Positions 40,767-51,446 of a DNA stretch of 64,000 nucleotides are shown in pieces. Below the pieces are notes generated by a model. That model saw only the letters and a program-made list of their open reading frames with translations, searched no databases and had not been told where the DNA came from. How positions within the stretch are numbered: position 1 is the stretch's first letter; each line of letters begins with the position of its first letter. The position numbers and the translations under genes are program-made. Origin of the DNA: Deltaproteobacteria bacterium (lineage in GTDB: Bacteria; Desulfobacterota; Desulfomonilia; UBA1062); the NCBI GenBank assembly GCA_018433775.1, contig JAHDQN010000040.1:20587-84586 (forward strand). The letters are read 5' to 3'.

Positions 40767-42077
40767 ATGAGGCACCTTCGTATATCCATCATGGGTCTTG
40801 CAGTGTGCGTAGCGGTCATGTTCACGTGCGGATGCAGCGCGGTGCGGTATACCACCACCATGAAGCCTTCCTGCGACAAGGACCTGCAGTACGGCCCGGT
40901 CCGCCTCAACGTGTCGAGCTTCACCTACGAGATGCCTGGTGTTCAGCCCCAGCCGCCGGACATCGACCGGAAGGCGAAAGAGCTCTTCCCGAGCGTGTTC
41001 ACGGACGACCTCGCAGGACTGCCTGTCCACATCGACATCAAGAAAACGTACGACGACACGTCCATGGGCGTCACGAGGCTCCTCTCGCTTACCTTCACGC
41101 TTGGGGTGATCCTGATACCGGGCACCCAGGAGTACGGGTTCATTGTCCGTACGAGCGTGCTGGACTCCCTGGGCGAGCCCCTGGTCGAGAAAGAGGGGAA
41201 GTTCGGAATCGACACGGTGTCATGGGGCAGCTACTGGCCCTGGGGCCTCCTGCCGGTGATCGGGCCCTCCGACCTTCCGAGGGCATCCCTTTTCAGCGGG
41301 AGCAACTTCGCGTCCGGCACGATAGAGTCTCAGACCAAGATCAACGACCACGCCGCCGCGTGCATCGCCGAGATCGCGGCCCGGTCGCTCCAGTCGGCAG
41401 ATCAGGCCAGGCTCGAAGCAGCCTACCGTGAACGGCAGTCCCGCGTGCAGGAGGTCACCATCGACGGCCGGAAGTGCACAAGTTTCCTCACCATGAACCC
41501 GGTGTCCAGGCCGAAGGTTGGCAGCGTCTTCAAGGCGCTCGTGTACGATGGCGAACCGAAGCAGTGGACAAAACCGCTGCATACCGCGGTCGTGGCCCGA
41601 TACGACGAGTCCGGCCGCTGGCGGCCCGTGAAAACCTACCTGCGCCATGCCCGCACGCTCACCTCGGTGAGCGCCCTGATCGAGAACAATATCCCGGTCA
41701 AAGTGGCGGTGCGCACGCCCGAAGCGCCTCCCCTGGAGGACTTCATCGACACCCCGGACCTCTCGGGTGCCGACCGTGCCGAGGTCTTGCGCTGGAGCAA
41801 CTCCATGCTGCTCGATGCCAAGAACCGGTCCCTGGAGAGGCTGCTGCAAGAGGAGAGCAGGGAAACGCTGCTCGCGCTCGCGACCCGTATCGAGCGCTCC
41901 ATCCTGGACCTGAACGAGCAGGCGGAGCGAGCCAAGGACAAGGCCCAGGCCATGGTGGAAAAGGGAGAGGGCGACCCTGCCCCCGAGAGAGAGCTGTCGG
42001 TCCTGTGCCGCCAGCGCATCGAGGTGCTCAAGCCCGTGCTCGCAGCCGTCAAGGTTGCTGCAGCGGGAAAGCAGTAA
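40767..42077 (+). CDS. Lipoprotein of unknown function, paralog A of a tandem pair
   Basis: It has a signal peptide and lipobox (FTCGCS). The C-terminus is conserved with the next gene (PPLEDFID.PDLSG.DRA..LRWSN). Confidence 0.6.
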   Translation: MRHLRISIMGLAVCVAVMFTCGCSAVRYTTTMKPSCDKDLQYGPVRLNVSSFTYEMPGVQPQPPDIDRKAKELFPSVFTDDLAGLPVHIDIKKTYDDTSMGVTRLLSLTFTLGVILIPGTQEYGFIVRTSVLDSLGEPLVEKEGKFGIDTVSWGSYWPWGLLPVIGPSDLPRASLFSGSNFASGTIESQTKINDHAAACIAEIAARSLQSADQARLEAAYRERQSRVQEVTIDGRKCTSFLTMNPVSRPKVGSVFKALVYDGEPKQWTKPLHTAVVARYDESGRWRPVKTYLRHARTLTSVSALIENNIPVKVAVRTPEAPPLEDFIDTPDLSGADRAEVLRWSNSMLLDAKNRSLERLLQEESRETLLALATRIERSILDLNEQAERAKDKAQAMVEKGEGDPAPERELSVLCRQRIEVLKPVLAAVKVAAAGKQ

Positions 42078-42176
42078 CAGAGGATCAGGGGGAGCCGGCG
42101 CTTGGGCGCACCAGGCTCAGGTATCAAAAAAGGGATGCCGACATGAACAGTATTCAATGAACAGGGAGGAGCGGCA

Positions 42177-43511
42177 ATGAGAGCATACCGGGCGATGTTG
42201 ATATCGGGCACGATGATCCTGCTGGCCATGCTTCTGACCGGCTGCGCATCGATGCGCATAGCGAGCGCCCTGAAACCCTCGGGCGAAACGGGCCTCGCCC
42301 TCGGCAAGGCGCGCTTCAGCCTCATCGATTACACCGGCACGTACGACAAGGACAATCCGGCCGCGAAGTCCTGGATGGACACGATCACCCGCGATTTCCT
42401 GGCACAGCGGGCCAAAGCCCTTTATCCGGAGATCTTTACGGACGAATGGACGGCGTTGCCGGTCATGGTCAAGGCCGAAAGCACGCTCCACCACAACACA
42501 ATGATACCCGCATTCCTGACAATCCTGACCGCAGGTGTAGTCCCCGTTCCCCAGAAGGCGTCCTTGAACCTGACCGTGTCCTCGGATGCGCGGGACGCGC
42601 TGGGCGAAAGCCTGATCGCCAGGGACAGGAAATTCGAGGTCGAGCAGGTCGCGTGGGTGAGCCTCGTCGGTCCGCTGGGCTGCTTCCCGGTCCCAGGACA
42701 GGCCGACCTGGAGCGGGACAGCGTCTTTCTCTTCATCCCGCTGAGCAAGGATGCCTATTCCAGGACCAAGCTCCCGACGTATGTCGCGGACTGCATCGTC
42801 GAATCCGTGGTCAGGGACCTCCGCGAGGCGGACCCCGGCCTCGTCGACTCCGCCTACAAGGCCCGCGCATCGCGCCTCCAGGAGGTCGCCGTCGACGGCC
42901 GCGCCTTCTGGGTCTTCCTCGCGCCGTCGCTCTCGCAGGAAACCGGGAAACCGGTCGCCTTCACGGCCTTGTTCTACGGTGAGCAGCCGAGGCGCGGGAT
43001 GGTGCCCTATGAACAGGTTGTCGTGGCACGCCGCGACGGCAGCGGCACCTGGGTCCCGGAGACCGGATACCTGCGCCGGGCGAAGAGCCTGACCGCCGTC
43101 GGCGTCCTCATGGACAAGGGCATCCCGGCGAAGGTTGCGGTGCGGGTTGTTAACGAGCCTCCCCTGGAGGACTTCATCGATCTCCCTGACCTCTCCGGCC
43201 CGGATCGAGCCGACAGATTGCGCTGGAGCAACGGCGTTCTGCTCGAAGCCAAGAACAGGTCGCTCACGAAGACGCTGAAGGAAAAAACCGGCGACGAGCT
43301 GCTGACCCTGGTGACCCGCATCGAGAAGGCAATCCTCGATCTGAGCGGTCTGGCCGAACGCGCCAAGGACAACGCCCAGTCGATCGTGGAAAAGGGCCAG
43401 GGCGACCCGGGACCGGACCGTGAGCTCTCCGTCCTGTGCCGCCAGCGGATCGAGATCTTCAAGCCCATCCTGGCCGCAGCCAAGCAGGAAGCGGTGCTTA
43501 CAAGACCATAG
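42177..43511 (+). CDS. Lipoprotein of unknown function, paralog B
   Basis: The lipobox is LLTGCAS. It shares about 40-50% identity with the upstream paralog along its whole length. Confidence 0.6.
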   Translation: MRAYRAMLISGTMILLAMLLTGCASMRIASALKPSGETGLALGKARFSLIDYTGTYDKDNPAAKSWMDTITRDFLAQRAKALYPEIFTDEWTALPVMVKAESTLHHNTMIPAFLTILTAGVVPVPQKASLNLTVSSDARDALGESLIARDRKFEVEQVAWVSLVGPLGCFPVPGQADLERDSVFLFIPLSKDAYSRTKLPTYVADCIVESVVRDLREADPGLVDSAYKARASRLQEVAVDGRAFWVFLAPSLSQETGKPVAFTALFYGEQPRRGMVPYEQVVVARRDGSGTWVPETGYLRRAKSLTAVGVLMDKGIPAKVAVRVVNEPPLEDFIDLPDLSGPDRADRLRWSNGVLLEAKNRSLTKTLKEKTGDELLTLVTRIEKAILDLSGLAERAKDNAQSIVEKGQGDPGPDRELSVLCRQRIEIFKPILAAAKQEAVLTRP

Positions 43512-43632
43512 GAGGATACCGGGAGAGACTGCACGCCAACCCTCTCCGGGCGGGGCGCGTGATCCGGAATCCGCTTCCCGGTCCTCGAGAGGCCTTATCC
43601 GAACCGCCGCACCGCCGTTTCCTGGATAGGCC

Positions 43633-46422
43633 TCACAGCGCCCCGGCAATGCGCTTAAGGGCCGCCGGGACATCCTCGTCCAGGATGTGGAGGCGCAGCA
43701 CCCTCCTTCCCTTTTCCTTCAGCGCGTTCCAGTCGCCCAGGGCCTGGGCGCTCTCCAATGTTCCGAACGAGATGGACGATTGCCATGACCCGGGCTCGTC
43801 AGGAATCGCGAGATCATCCGAAACCTGCCGGGTGATCTGGACGAAGAGCCCCCTGCCCTCGTCGCCCTTGTGGAGCTGGCCCGTGGAGTGGAGGTAACGG
43901 GGCCCGTACCCGCTCATGACCGCGATCCTGCGGGTGTCCCTGATCTTCGTGCGGAACCCGTCGAGGGCTTCGCCGATCTCATCCGTTGGCGGCAGATACG
44001 CCTGTATCGCTACGTATGAGGCATCGCCAGCATCTTTCAGAAATGATGCCAGGGCATCGGGCAGGGTTCCTGCCCGCACGTCGCCGTACACGCTGATGTG
44101 CTGGTCCTTCAGCGCCGGGGCGTGCCCGGGGAGCGAACCGGTCTTCCGGAACAGCTCCACCGCCTCTGTCGCTCGTTTCTTCGCGGCCTCCACGTCGGGC
44201 TGATCAAAGGGGTTGACGCCGAGAATGTGCCCTGCCACGGCAGTGGCTGTCTCCCAGAGGTAGAACTGCCCGCCGATATCGCACAGATCGTGGAGCCCGA
44301 TGCGCACCACGGGGTGCCCGGCCTTTTCGAGCCCGTCCAGGATCTTGTCGTGGGTGTGATCGCCTTCAAGCCGCAGGCTCACGAAGAGCCGGTCGTCCCG
44401 GTACTGCCCGGGCGATCCCGGGCGTTCGCGCACGATGGGGACGATGCCCTTGCCCTGCTTGCCCGTGCTCTCGGCAATGAGCTGCTCCACCCAGTCTCCG
44501 AACGAGGCGATCCCGGGCGACAGGAAAAAGGTCGCCTTGTTCCTGCCCGCCAGGGCCGCCTCACCGAGGATCGCGCCGAGGACGCCCCCGGAGTTTGCGC
44601 CCTTCGGGGTGCAGGTTCCGGCCTGGCAGTTCTCGGTCATGACCAGGGCCCTGTCCAGGAGCGACTTGACGTCCACTCCCATGAGCGCCGCAGGCACGAG
44701 CCCGAAATGGGAGAGGGCCGAGTATCTGCCGCCCAGATCGGGTTCGTTGAGGAAGATGTTCCTGAAATTGTACTTCCGGGCCGTTTCCATCAGGGGGGAG
44801 CCCGGATCCGTGATCGCGACGAAGTGCTCCCCGGCATTGTCCGCGCCCAGGGCGTCGGCGGTCACGGTGAAGAAGTATCTGAACAGCGAGAGCGTCTCCA
44901 CCGTGGTGCCCGATTTGGTCGATACGATGAACAGGGTCGTGGCCGGGTCGACCTTCTGGAATTCGGCGGCAAGAAAGTCGGGGTCGGTGCTGTCGATGAC
45001 GTTAAGGTCGAGATATCCCTCGCGCACGCCGAAGATCGACCGCATCACGTCGGGGGCCAGCGATGACCCGCCCATGCCCAGAAGGATCGCGCGGGTGTAT
45101 CCCTTCGATGCCATGTCCCGCGCGAACTGCTCCATCCCGTCCGCGTGATCGAGAATGTCTGCTGGCAGGGAGAGCCAGGCCAGCCGGTTGGTGATTTCCC
45201 CGGGGCTCTCGCTCCACACCGTGTGGTCGTGCGCGTAGATCCGGGACATGACCCCGGCCTTGTCCATCTCCTGAAGGCGGGTATCCACCCTGGCCTGAAG
45301 GTCTCCCAGGGCGGCTGTCATCTGATGCCACCCGGAGATGATGGCCCGCCTCTTGGCCGCGATGCTGTCCATGAGCGAACGGAACGACCCCGCGAACAGA
45401 TCAACGCCGTCTTTCTGCAGCTTGGAGGTCACGGCTTCGAGGTCGATGCCCGCCTGTGCGAGCCGCTCGATCTGCGCGAGGGCCTCCTCAATTCCCGTGC
45501 CCAGCGTGCTCTCCGTCTTTCCGTGGTCGAGAAAGGCCTGGAGCGTGGCTGGTGGAAGGGTGTTGACCGTGTGGGGGCCGATGAGCTCGTCCACGTAGAG
45601 CGTGTCCGGATATTTCGGGTTCTTGGTCCCGGTGCTCGCCCACAGCAGCCTCTGGGGACGCGCTCCCTGCTGCTCGAGCGCCTGCCACCGATCACCGGAG
45701 AAGATCCCGCCGAAAAGCCCGTAGGCAACCTTGGCGTTGGCCACCGCGATCTTCCCCGTGAGGTCGCTCAGGGAATGTCTTTCGAGCTCGGGATCGAGCG
45801 AGGTGTCAACCCTGCTCACGAAAAACGAGGCCACCGAGGCCACGCGGGCGAGGTCACCGCCCGAGGCAAGATATTTTTCCAGGCCGCGCAGGTAGGCGTG
45901 AGCCACCTCCTCGTAGCGCCCCACGGAAAAGAGCAGGGTCACGTTGACGTTGATGCCTTCGGCGATCAGGGTTTCGATCGCAGGCACCCCTTCTGCGGTG
46001 GCAGGGACCTTGATCATGATATTCGGACGCCCCAGGGCCGCAAAGAGCCGCCTGGCTTCGTGGACGGTCTGTTCGGTGTCGTAGGCCAGCACCGGGCTCA
46101 CCTCGATGCTCACATACCCGTCCAGACCCTTTGTGTCGTCATAGACCTTCCGGAACAGGTCCGCTGTCCGGGCGATGTCGTCGAGCGCGAGGTGCTCGTA
46201 GATCTCCTCGATCGACAGGCCGTCCCGCACCAGGGCCGTGAGATAGTCATCGTAATCCGAGCTGCCCGCTATGGCCTTTTCGAAGATCGTGGGGTTTGAC
46301 GTGACTCCGCGGATGCCCTGATCGATGAGTGACTGAAGCTCGCCCGAGGTGATCAGCGACCTGCGGATGTAGTCGAACCATATCGCCTGCCCTATGTGGG
46401 CCAATGTATGGAGTTTCGCCAT
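43633..46422 (-). CDS. Bifunctional transaldolase / glucose-6-phosphate isomerase
   Basis: The transaldolase N-domain is fused to a PGI SIS-type C-domain. Confidence 0.85.
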   Translation of the reverse strand: MAKLHTLAHIGQAIWFDYIRRSLITSGELQSLIDQGIRGVTSNPTIFEKAIAGSSDYDDYLTALVRDGLSIEEIYEHLALDDIARTADLFRKVYDDTKGLDGYVSIEVSPVLAYDTEQTVHEARRLFAALGRPNIMIKVPATAEGVPAIETLIAEGINVNVTLLFSVGRYEEVAHAYLRGLEKYLASGGDLARVASVASFFVSRVDTSLDPELERHSLSDLTGKIAVANAKVAYGLFGGIFSGDRWQALEQQGARPQRLLWASTGTKNPKYPDTLYVDELIGPHTVNTLPPATLQAFLDHGKTESTLGTGIEEALAQIERLAQAGIDLEAVTSKLQKDGVDLFAGSFRSLMDSIAAKRRAIISGWHQMTAALGDLQARVDTRLQEMDKAGVMSRIYAHDHTVWSESPGEITNRLAWLSLPADILDHADGMEQFARDMASKGYTRAILLGMGGSSLAPDVMRSIFGVREGYLDLNVIDSTDPDFLAAEFQKVDPATTLFIVSTKSGTTVETLSLFRYFFTVTADALGADNAGEHFVAITDPGSPLMETARKYNFRNIFLNEPDLGGRYSALSHFGLVPAALMGVDVKSLLDRALVMTENCQAGTCTPKGANSGGVLGAILGEAALAGRNKATFFLSPGIASFGDWVEQLIAESTGKQGKGIVPIVRERPGSPGQYRDDRLFVSLRLEGDHTHDKILDGLEKAGHPVVRIGLHDLCDIGGQFYLWETATAVAGHILGVNPFDQPDVEAAKKRATEAVELFRKTGSLPGHAPALKDQHISVYGDVRAGTLPDALASFLKDAGDASYVAIQAYLPPTDEIGEALDGFRTKIRDTRRIAVMSGYGPRYLHSTGQLHKGDEGRGLFVQITRQVSDDLAIPDEPGSWQSSISFGTLESAQALGDWNALKEKGRRVLRLHILDEDVPAALKRIAGAL

Positions 46423-46571
46423 GTCTTGCGCTCCTTCACAGGTATTGGAAAGTTACTGACCGGTCACCTACCATACAGGAATCAGGGATGAAATCTCAAG
46501 CACCTTTCTCCGCTCAGGAAAATTCTCCGGCGTTTCGCTTTCCGGGCCGTTCTCCCGGGGCTCTCGCTGAC

Positions 46572-47576
46572 TCAAGGCAGGGTGTCCATGATATCCAGCC
46601 CGAAATGGGCTGCCCCTATGAGACCGGCCTTGGGATTGAGAATGACATGGACCGGAAAGGCGGAGATGACTCCCGCGAGCCTGCCCTTGCGGCGATATGC
46701 CTCCATGAACGGGCTCTGCCCGATGATGGACACGAGTCTGGGAGGTATGCCTCCCCCCACGTACACCCCACCGGAGGCGAGGATCTTGAGCGCCAGGTTG
46801 CCGGTCTCCGCCCCGAGAATGGAGAGGAAGACGCGCACCGTCTCCTGACAGATTTCGCAGGTCGTATCCCGATCCAGGGCTGCGTTCACGATGACGGCGG
46901 TGGCATCGGGCTCCCGGACCAGGCTTTCCGCGAGCCAGGCAGGCTCTTCATGCCTGCCCTGGTCCTTCAGGAACGAGTAGATGTTGGGAATGCCGCTGCC
47001 CGAGCATATCCGCTCGTAGCTGACATGCTCGAAGCGGTCCATGAGGTATTTCAGCAGCTCGAGCTCGATGGCGTCCGCGGGGCCGAACTCGGTGTGCCCG
47101 CCCTCGGATGCGTGGGCGAGATAGCGGTCGCCGTCCCAGGTGAGGTATGCCTCGCCCAGGCCGGTCCCGGCCGCGATGACCGCGCGCGGACCCGTGGGGA
47201 TCGGCCTGCCCGCGTTCAGGGTGAGCAGGTCCTCGCCCCTGAGCAGGGGAATGCTGTAGGCAACAGCCTGGAGATCGTTGATCAGGCGCACCCTGTCTAT
47301 ATTCAGCTCGGTCTGGAGATACCCGGCATCGATCTCCCACGGCAGGTTCGTGATCTGAGCGCGTTTTCCCACCACGGGGCCCGCCACGCCGAAGACCGCG
47401 TGATCGACCCCCGTGATATGATGCCGGGTCGAGAACTCCTTGATTATGGCCCTCAGCGAGCTATAAGACCCGCTGGGATAAATGCCCTCGTACAGGGGCC
47501 TTTCGGGACCGCTCTGCGGGGTGTACAGAGCGAGTATGGTCTTGGTCCCTCCGATATCACCTGCAATCAATTTCAT
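46572..47576 (-). CDS. glk: Glucokinase
   Basis: It belongs to the Glk family (MKLIAGDIGGTKT). Confidence 0.8.
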   Translation of the reverse strand: MKLIAGDIGGTKTILALYTPQSGPERPLYEGIYPSGSYSSLRAIIKEFSTRHHITGVDHAVFGVAGPVVGKRAQITNLPWEIDAGYLQTELNIDRVRLINDLQAVAYSIPLLRGEDLLTLNAGRPIPTGPRAVIAAGTGLGEAYLTWDGDRYLAHASEGGHTEFGPADAIELELLKYLMDRFEHVSYERICSGSGIPNIYSFLKDQGRHEEPAWLAESLVREPDATAVIVNAALDRDTTCEICQETVRVFLSILGAETGNLALKILASGGVYVGGGIPPRLVSIIGQSPFMEAYRRKGRLAGVISAFPVHVILNPKAGLIGAAHFGLDIMDTLP

Positions 47577-47796
47577 GGCGTGCTCCGTTTCCTTGGTTTA
47601 TTATATATTATCCGTCATGGCGCTCTCGATGGCAACATGATGAATGGGGTGCTCATACCCTGTTCACCCGTTTCCTTCGAGAAGGGTGCCGAGTTCCCCG
47701 TTTTTCAGACGCCGCCCTTTTTGCAGCACCCGGGAAAGGGCGGGGAATGCCCTCCCCTGCCATCGGCCATTTTCCATCTCGAAGCTGCCTGGGGGA

Positions 47797-48222
47797 TCAC
47801 CCCGGAAAACTCAGCCTGACAAGCTTCTGCGTCTCGAAAATATTTTTCACCTTGTTGACGTAATCTCTTTCCCTGATGGGCTTGCGGATGTATGCGTCCG
47901 CGAGCCTCCCCTCGAAGAGTTCCTCGATGTCTCTGATTTTTGCGCTTCCCGAGCAGATGAGCACCTTGATGTGAGGATATTTGAATTTGACATAGTGGAT
48001 GAACACGATTCCGTCCATGCCGGGGCGGCTGATGTTGGTGGAGATGATATCGATGTCGCCGTGCCTCTCTTCGATCAACTGCAGGGCCGTGTCACTGGAG
48101 GGGGCGGTGAGGATGTCCAGATCATACTCCTCGAAGTTGTTTTCGATGACCGCCCTGATGAATGACCTGACCACCCGTTTGTCATCCACGACCAGGACGA
48201 TCTTTTTTCTCTTCACGCTCAT
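47797..48222 (-). CDS. Single-domain response regulator (CheY-like receiver)
   Basis: It has a REC domain with the acidic pocket and a conserved Lys. Confidence 0.75.
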   Translation of the reverse strand: MSVKRKKIVLVVDDKRVVRSFIRAVIENNFEEYDLDILTAPSSDTALQLIEERHGDIDIISTNISRPGMDGIVFIHYVKFKYPHIKVLICSGSAKIRDIEELFEGRLADAYIRKPIRERDYVNKVKNIFETQKLVRLSFPG

Positions 48223-48334
48223 GTGGTGGTGTCCCTTACGAAACTCAGTATACGTGTCTCAGGACAATTTACAAAGAATGCTTCACTCCGGGACGGTATT
48301 GTCCTATACATGAGTGAAGAGGAAATGAAGAATC

Positions 48335-48865
48335 ATGGCGCCTGAAAAAGGGAGAATCCTTCTCCATACCTGCTGCGGACCGTGCGCCACCACCTGCGTG
48401 GAGCGCCTCGTTCCGGATTACGAGGTCATCCTGTTCTTCAGCAACTCGAACATCGCGCCCGAGGCCGAGTATCTCAAGCGCCTGGAGCACGCCGGAAGGC
48501 TCGCGCAGATCCTGGGCATCGCTATCAGGGAGGACGTTTACGATCACCGGGCATGGCTCGAGCACATCAGGGGGCTCGAAGACGAGCCCGAGAGAGGAAA
48601 GAGGTGCGAGAAATGCTTCGCGTTCAGCCTGGCGAGGACCGCGGCCATGGCCGGTGATCTCCGGATTCCGGCCTTCACCACGAGCCTGAGCGTGAGCCGC
48701 TACAAATCCTCGCCCACCATCTTCTCCCTGGGCAGGGCGTATCAGGCGTTCGAGGCGATAGACTTCAAGAAGAGAAACGGCTATGCCCGGAGCATCGAGC
48801 TGAGCCGGCAGTACGGCCTCTACCGGCAGACCTACTGCGGATGCGAATTCAGCATGAGGCCCTGA
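48335..48865 (+). CDS. queH: Epoxyqueuosine reductase QueH (DUF208)
   Basis: The LLHTCCGPC and YCGCEFS motifs are present. Confidence 0.8.
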   Translation: MAPEKGRILLHTCCGPCATTCVERLVPDYEVILFFSNSNIAPEAEYLKRLEHAGRLAQILGIAIREDVYDHRAWLEHIRGLEDEPERGKRCEKCFAFSLARTAAMAGDLRIPAFTTSLSVSRYKSSPTIFSLGRAYQAFEAIDFKKRNGYARSIELSRQYGLYRQTYCGCEFSMRP

Positions 48866-48979
48866 TCCAGCGCACCCCTTACGGGTGCGGGGGTCCTTGA
48901 AGCATGCGCATCCCTCCGCAGCTTCGGAAAGGAGCCGTCTTATCATCAATAGCCAAGAAGGGAGATTCAAGTCTCCGGG

Positions 48980-49351
48980 CTATTCCGCTTCCGCCTTTTT
49001 CTTTGCCTCTTTCTTCACCGGCTGCTCCCCGCCCTCTTCCTTCTTCTTTTTCTTCTTGGGCTTGGCCTCCACTACGGGCGCGGCCTCTTTCTTGCCCTTT
49101 TCCTTCTGAGGCGCGGCCTTTTTCTCTTCCCTGAGTCTGGCCATGTCGAGGAGCTTCTTCTCGTTCGCATCGATCGCGGCGAGCCTGATGTTGGTATCGT
49201 TGATCTTCGCCTTGAGCTTCTTTACCACCGAATCCTTTTCGATCAGCTTCCCGTCGATCCCCATCTCGGCCAGCACGGCCTTGCGCCGGCCCAGTTTCTC
49301 AATCCAGTACGCCTTCTGCGACTCACGTACGCTCCGAAGCTTTGAAGCCAT
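48980..49351 (-). CDS. Small basic protein with a Lys/Ala/Glu-rich C-terminal tail (KKKKKKEE...), possibly nucleic-acid-binding or histone-H1-like
   Basis: The call rests on composition only. Confidence 0.4.
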   Translation of the reverse strand: MASKLRSVRESQKAYWIEKLGRRKAVLAEMGIDGKLIEKDSVVKKLKAKINDTNIRLAAIDANEKKLLDMARLREEKKAAPQKEKGKKEAAPVVEAKPKKKKKKEEGGEQPVKKEAKKKAEAE

Positions 49352-49523
49352 ATGTTCTCCTTTCGCTCTGGATACTCTCGATCATGAAATCGCCCTGCCG
49401 GACTTATGGTCCATAAGCTGCTCCGACAAGGGTGTTTTCCTCTAGCACAGTTTTTTTCGGATTTCCAGCCCGTAAGATCTCGGAAAAGATGGTACGCTTC
49501 GCCTGATATATCAAAAGCTTCTC

Positions 49524-50414
49524 TTACCGGTGTACATCAGGCCCGTTTGAGAGCGAGCCGAACCGGATGGAGACCGCGGCCTCATGGTCGAAGGGCGGGG
49601 CCAGGAGCGACAGCGCCTGTTGCCGGCTGTCGCAGGACTCCACGATGCCGAGCGAGAGCACGAAACCCTCCCGGTCGCACGCCGCTGCGAGCAGGCCCTC
49701 ATGCACGCCGTGACCGCCGTGGGCCGGGACAGCCCCATGCATCCCTCTGCCCTCCATGCTCACCTTCTGGAGACGAGCCCCTTTGAAGTAGGCTCCGAAC
49801 ATCCGGTGCCGGTATTCCCTCCGCTGGATCATGCCGCGGGACCTGACCTCGGGAGAGACAGGCATGCGCAGGATCGAGATCCCGGGATGCCCGGAAAATC
49901 CGGCGAGCAGGCCCTCAAGCTCGTATTCACGCTGGAAGGCGACCAGGAAACCAGGCTGCAGCAGGTCGATGACGTGAAACTGGAATTCCCGGGCGGCATC
50001 CGGAAGCACGAATCCCGAGGAGTCGAGCACCAGGACCTCGAATCCGAGCTTGCGCGCCTTTTCCACGAGTTTTTTAGTCCCGCTCAGACAGGGCAGCAGA
50101 TGCCCCCGGGGAGAGGTCGACCCGATGAAGTACCGGGTAGGCGCGCCATCAGGCTCTCCGGGTCCGCTCGTCTCCTGCATTCCAATGGTGGTGGGCGGGC
50201 CGATGGACGATTGTCCGGGATCACAGTCGATATACGCAACCCTCGTCCGGCTGCTCAGACGCAGGGCCAGGGAGCGGCAGAAGGTGGTCTTGCCCCGGTT
50301 GCCGGCCCCGACGACATACACCATCCGCTCGCCGCGCGCATCGCGTACCACGGAGGCGAGCTCTTCCCACGGCCCCTCCATGCCGGGCAAAAGCGGTTCG
50401 TTCATAAGGTACAT
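49524..50414 (-). CDS. Clp1/Grc3-like P-loop polynucleotide kinase family protein
   Basis: The Walker A motif VVGAGNRGKTT is followed by IDCDPGQSSIGPP, which resembles the Clp1 signature. Confidence 0.5.
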   Translation of the reverse strand: MYLMNEPLLPGMEGPWEELASVVRDARGERMVYVVGAGNRGKTTFCRSLALRLSSRTRVAYIDCDPGQSSIGPPTTIGMQETSGPGEPDGAPTRYFIGSTSPRGHLLPCLSGTKKLVEKARKLGFEVLVLDSSGFVLPDAAREFQFHVIDLLQPGFLVAFQREYELEGLLAGFSGHPGISILRMPVSPEVRSRGMIQRREYRHRMFGAYFKGARLQKVSMEGRGMHGAVPAHGGHGVHEGLLAAACDREGFVLSLGIVESCDSRQQALSLLAPPFDHEAAVSIRFGSLSNGPDVHR

Positions 50415-50794
50415 GATCTTTCTTCCGGACGCTCATCTCAAACAGCCCGCTGTATACTTCCCTCATTTCAAGCGCCGGCCCGGCTTTTAGTGACCCGGCT
50501 CTCCCTGCAGCCCGCGGTTCGTTCGTCCGATGTGCGGCCGCCACGGTCTTATTCCATCATGAGCTTCATGTCTCGCCCGCTCCCCGTATCAGGGGGGCAC
50601 CCTGGGTCCGGGTTTCGGATCAGCACTCAGGAGAACCGCCGGAGAGGTGCGCGCACTTCCGTGTTCCGCTCCTTGAATCCGGCCCTGCGGGCCGTACTAT
50701 GTCATTGAGAAACGATCGCTTTGCTCCGGGGATCGGCCCCCTCTGATTTTCAGGGGCTCGGCCCCGGTGGAACCTAAGGAAAGGAGGTGTCTGC

Positions 50795-51406
50795 ATGAGG
50801 GTGCTGGTATTGTTTTATTCATCCTACGGTCATATCTACCGAATGGCAGAGGCCGAGGCCGAAGGCGCGCGACAGGTGAGCGGGGCCGAGGTGGATATCA
50901 GGCGCGTTCCCGAGACGCTCTCGGACGAGATCCTGGCCAAGATGGGGGCCGCGGAGGCCCAGAAGAAGTTCGCCCACATTCCCGTGGCACACGTGAGCGA
51001 TCTGGCCGAGTACGAGGCCATCATATTCGGCACCCCAACCAGGTATGGAAACATGGTCGGCCAGATGCGCCAGTTTCTCGATGCCGCAGGGTCGCTGTGG
51101 GCCGGGGACAAACTGGTGGGAAAAGTGGGGAGCGTGTTCACGAGCAGCGGAACGCAGCACGGCGGCCAGGAGTCGACCATTCTCACCTTTCACGTCAACC
51201 TCCTCCACTTCGGCATGATCCTGGTGGGGCTTCCTTACAGCTTCAAGGGGCAGACGACCCTCGACGGGATCACAGGCTGTTCTCCCTACGGGGCATCGAC
51301 CATTGCCGGCTCCAGCGGCGAGCGGTGGCCGAGCGAGACAGAGCTCGAGGGTGCGCGCTTCCAGGGAAGGATGGTGGCCGAGACCGCGAAGAAGCTCTTT
51401 GCCTGA
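50795..51406 (+). CDS. wrbA: NAD(P)H:quinone oxidoreductase, flavodoxin-like (WrbA)
   Basis: WrbA family motifs are present. Confidence 0.85.
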   Translation: MRVLVLFYSSYGHIYRMAEAEAEGARQVSGAEVDIRRVPETLSDEILAKMGAAEAQKKFAHIPVAHVSDLAEYEAIIFGTPTRYGNMVGQMRQFLDAAGSLWAGDKLVGKVGSVFTSSGTQHGGQESTILTFHVNLLHFGMILVGLPYSFKGQTTLDGITGCSPYGASTIAGSSGERWPSETELEGARFQGRMVAETAKKLFA

Positions 51407-51446
51407 CCTCTCTCCCGGCTGGAGGAACTTCGTATCGAGCGGGCGA

